Assembly (NCBI GenBank): GCA_030295235.1
Contig: AP026147.1
Coordinates: 124,001 to 188,000 of the forward strand
Reading direction: 5' to 3'
Length of the DNA: 64,000 bases
Source of the DNA: Fistulifera solaris
Taxonomy: Eukaryota
Position 1 is the stretch's first letter. Each line of letters starts with the position of its first letter. Shown here in pieces: positions 61,893-64,000 of this stretch. The position numbers and the translations under genes were made by a program. The notes below the pieces were generated by a model. That model had not been told where the DNA came from. It saw nothing but the letters and a program-made list of their open reading frames with translations, and made no database searches.

Positions 61893-62309
61893 ATTGTTGC
61901 TTTTGTTTTGTTTGTTGCTAGGTTCTTGTTTTTTGTGAGACGTGTGGGAAACGCTTTTTGGGTGTCACCTGCAAGGTGGAGAAACGTGGAACATCGTTCG
62001 CTGACCTTCTGCCACGTCATCTTTTTTACAGTCGAGTATCCATGTGCGCATCATGTTACGTCAGATGTGTGACGTCAGTGACCGGATGAGCTTCAAGTTG
62101 TTGTCCCGAACCCGAACCGTAACGGCCACAAGCATTCATTGCCAGTCCGACACATAATGCTTCCAACGGTCCGAACATAGATGAAAAACGCCCACGACCA
62201 TCACGACGACCATGACGCCCTCGATAAAACATTGCAAGTGTTTGCTCCAAGGAAACATTTCTTTATCATCAACCCGTAATCTTTGTAGAGACGTTTCTTC
62301 ACGATAAAA

Positions 62310-63785
62310 ATGACACAAGATGATTCCGATCTAGTCGATCTCCTCGCGAATACTAAGGACCATCACGCTACAGAAACGATGAATTTGGATCATTTGACAA
62401 CCTCGGGAATCCGTGTGAAAAGTCCGAGTCACAACAAGAACAACAACAAAAAGAATTATCATTCTTCCGCGCCCATGTCCTGTTGTGACTTTGTGATATC
62501 CTATACGTCCCAGTTGTGTCAATATTATCCCAAATGTTGTGCTGGCATCATCACGACACTTCTGGTGGTGTTCGGCCTGCTCCTCAGCAATCTTCTCGTT
62601 CACCCCGCTCCTCCCGTCTTATTGGATGAACACGCCGTATTGCAAATTCATTCCAAATACGACCTGACGATCAATCAGGTCGATCATTGGTGTCTCAAAG
62701 GTGGCAATGAACATTGTCGTTGTGAAGATCCCTTACAACCTGTGGGCCGGACCGAACACGCGTCCTGGGTGCAAGCCGTGAAAGCCAATCAGCTGTTGGT
62801 GAAAGAAACCCCTGCTAACACAGATATAGCGATTGTGGGCGAGTCTGTGGTCGAAGCCATGGGAGGACGATGGATGGGGAAATCGCGATCTTCCTTGAAA
62901 TCTGTGGGAGATTTGTTTCAACGCACCTTTCGACATCAGGCCGTCGCGTTGGGTGTCGCGGGCGACACCGCTCCCAACGTCTTGTGGCGCTTACTGCACG
63001 GTGAATTGTCCATCAAACCCAAAATATGGTGGATTTCCTTGGGAATGAATGATTTGGCCCGGATGGGATGTTCGGAAGAAATTGTCGTGTTGGGCCTACT
63101 GAGGGTGGTCGAAGAAATCATGGAACAACAACCGGCCGCACACATTGTCATTAATTCGGTCTTGCCCATGGTGAATGTACGGGGTGGGGCGTATCCGTTG
63201 GTGACGGATTACGAGGATGCCTTGCATTCGCGGCATTTGTTGGTGAGGGAAGCATCGGGTCCAATGAGCCGACATTTGGATCGCAAGAGAAAAAAGCAAC
63301 TTGATGTGACAGTTGAAGAAATCAAGGACCCGAAACAACTTGCCAAATTGCGAGCTGAACAAGCGGAACAAGAAGAAGAACAACGCGCGAAGAAACAGAA
63401 ACGTTGGAGGAAAAAACGTCGCGAACCGGTCAACGCGAAACTCAACGCCCCCACCCTCTTTCATCAAATCCCACTTTGGACCAGCATTCAAGTGATCAAT
63501 CAACAATTGCGGCGTTTTACTGAAAACCAGCCGTCGCGGGTTCATTTCTTTGATGCCACGCCCTTGTTTGTTTCCGAAAAGAATGGCAAATCGCGGATCC
63601 GCAGTGATCGCATTACACCCAAAGGCTATCCCCGCCTCGCCGGTTTTGAAGCATGGGAAGAAGCCATTTTGGCGTTTGCACAACCGATTCTGGACGCACT
63701 GAAGCCTCCCGATAAGGACGACAGTCCGGCGGATGATGATGATGACGAAGATGATTTGATTCCTTTGGAAGATGACAGTGTATAG
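62310..63785 (+). CDS. Type II membrane SGNH-hydrolase-like protein (PAF-acetylhydrolase-like fold)
   Basis: IVGESVVE, LGVAGDTAPNVLWRL, LGMNDL; N-terminal TM; block V DxxH is not conserved. Confidence 0.78.
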   Translation: MTQDDSDLVDLLANTKDHHATETMNLDHLTTSGIRVKSPSHNKNNNKKNYHSSAPMSCCDFVISYTSQLCQYYPKCCAGIITTLLVVFGLLLSNLLVHPAPPVLLDEHAVLQIHSKYDLTINQVDHWCLKGGNEHCRCEDPLQPVGRTEHASWVQAVKANQLLVKETPANTDIAIVGESVVEAMGGRWMGKSRSSLKSVGDLFQRTFRHQAVALGVAGDTAPNVLWRLLHGELSIKPKIWWISLGMNDLARMGCSEEIVVLGLLRVVEEIMEQQPAAHIVINSVLPMVNVRGGAYPLVTDYEDALHSRHLLVREASGPMSRHLDRKRKKQLDVTVEEIKDPKQLAKLRAEQAEQEEEQRAKKQKRWRKKRREPVNAKLNAPTLFHQIPLWTSIQVINQQLRRFTENQPSRVHFFDATPLFVSEKNGKSRIRSDRITPKGYPRLAGFEAWEEAILAFAQPILDALKPPDKDDSPADDDDDEDDLIPLEDDSV

Positions 63786-64000
63786 AAATATTGTGCCAAA
63801 GACAGAATCAGTTGCTACTACCGAATATCGTTTGCTTTTTTGCTAGATTTATATGTTAGAGGAGGACGTCTTTTGCGCCTGAGATGCATGCGTGACTTCC
63901 ATGACACCGAGTGAGTCGTGAGTCGCGATGCGATCTTTTGGATCCGAGATGCGCGAAAAAAGCGACGACGCGATGACATTTTTCTTTCCAAAATACGGAA

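Overview
Gene-dense eukaryotic nuclear DNA with short GT-AG introns, bipartite signal+transit peptides, METE and lysine-rich KxxK secreted proteins, most consistent with a pennate diatom (inferred, not searched). About 33 protein-coding loci are recognisable, mostly housekeeping (cytochrome b5 reductase, plastid GPAT, MFSD5/MOT2, METE, SCP2, SCYL1, AlaRS, PA2G4, ADO/PCO, HHL1, PSMA3, PDCD4, LSM1, eIF4G, PGK, GRWD1, S10 carboxypeptidase). Many carry 1-nt frameshifts, often in homopolymers, which look like unpolished long-read errors. Highlights: (1) a cassette present three times in the first 21 kb, in which a divergent CDC20/Fizzy APC/C co-activator sits head-to-head with a gene encoding a degenerate TALE-type homeodomain, with conserved opposing splice sites in the shared spacer; (2) a structured H/ACA-snoRNA-like RNA in the long PA2G4 intron whose 3' pocket matches a conserved 18S rRNA segment; (3) a 66-aa microprotein next to PDCD4 that consists only of the PDCD4 N-terminal motif region; (4) a four-copy motif in the METE promoter; (5) a 1.6-kb TA-flanked non-autonomous transposon with ~320-bp TIRs, a 143-bp mini-Helitron and a Helitron coding remnant. 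All family assignments are by-eye motif recognition, without database searches.
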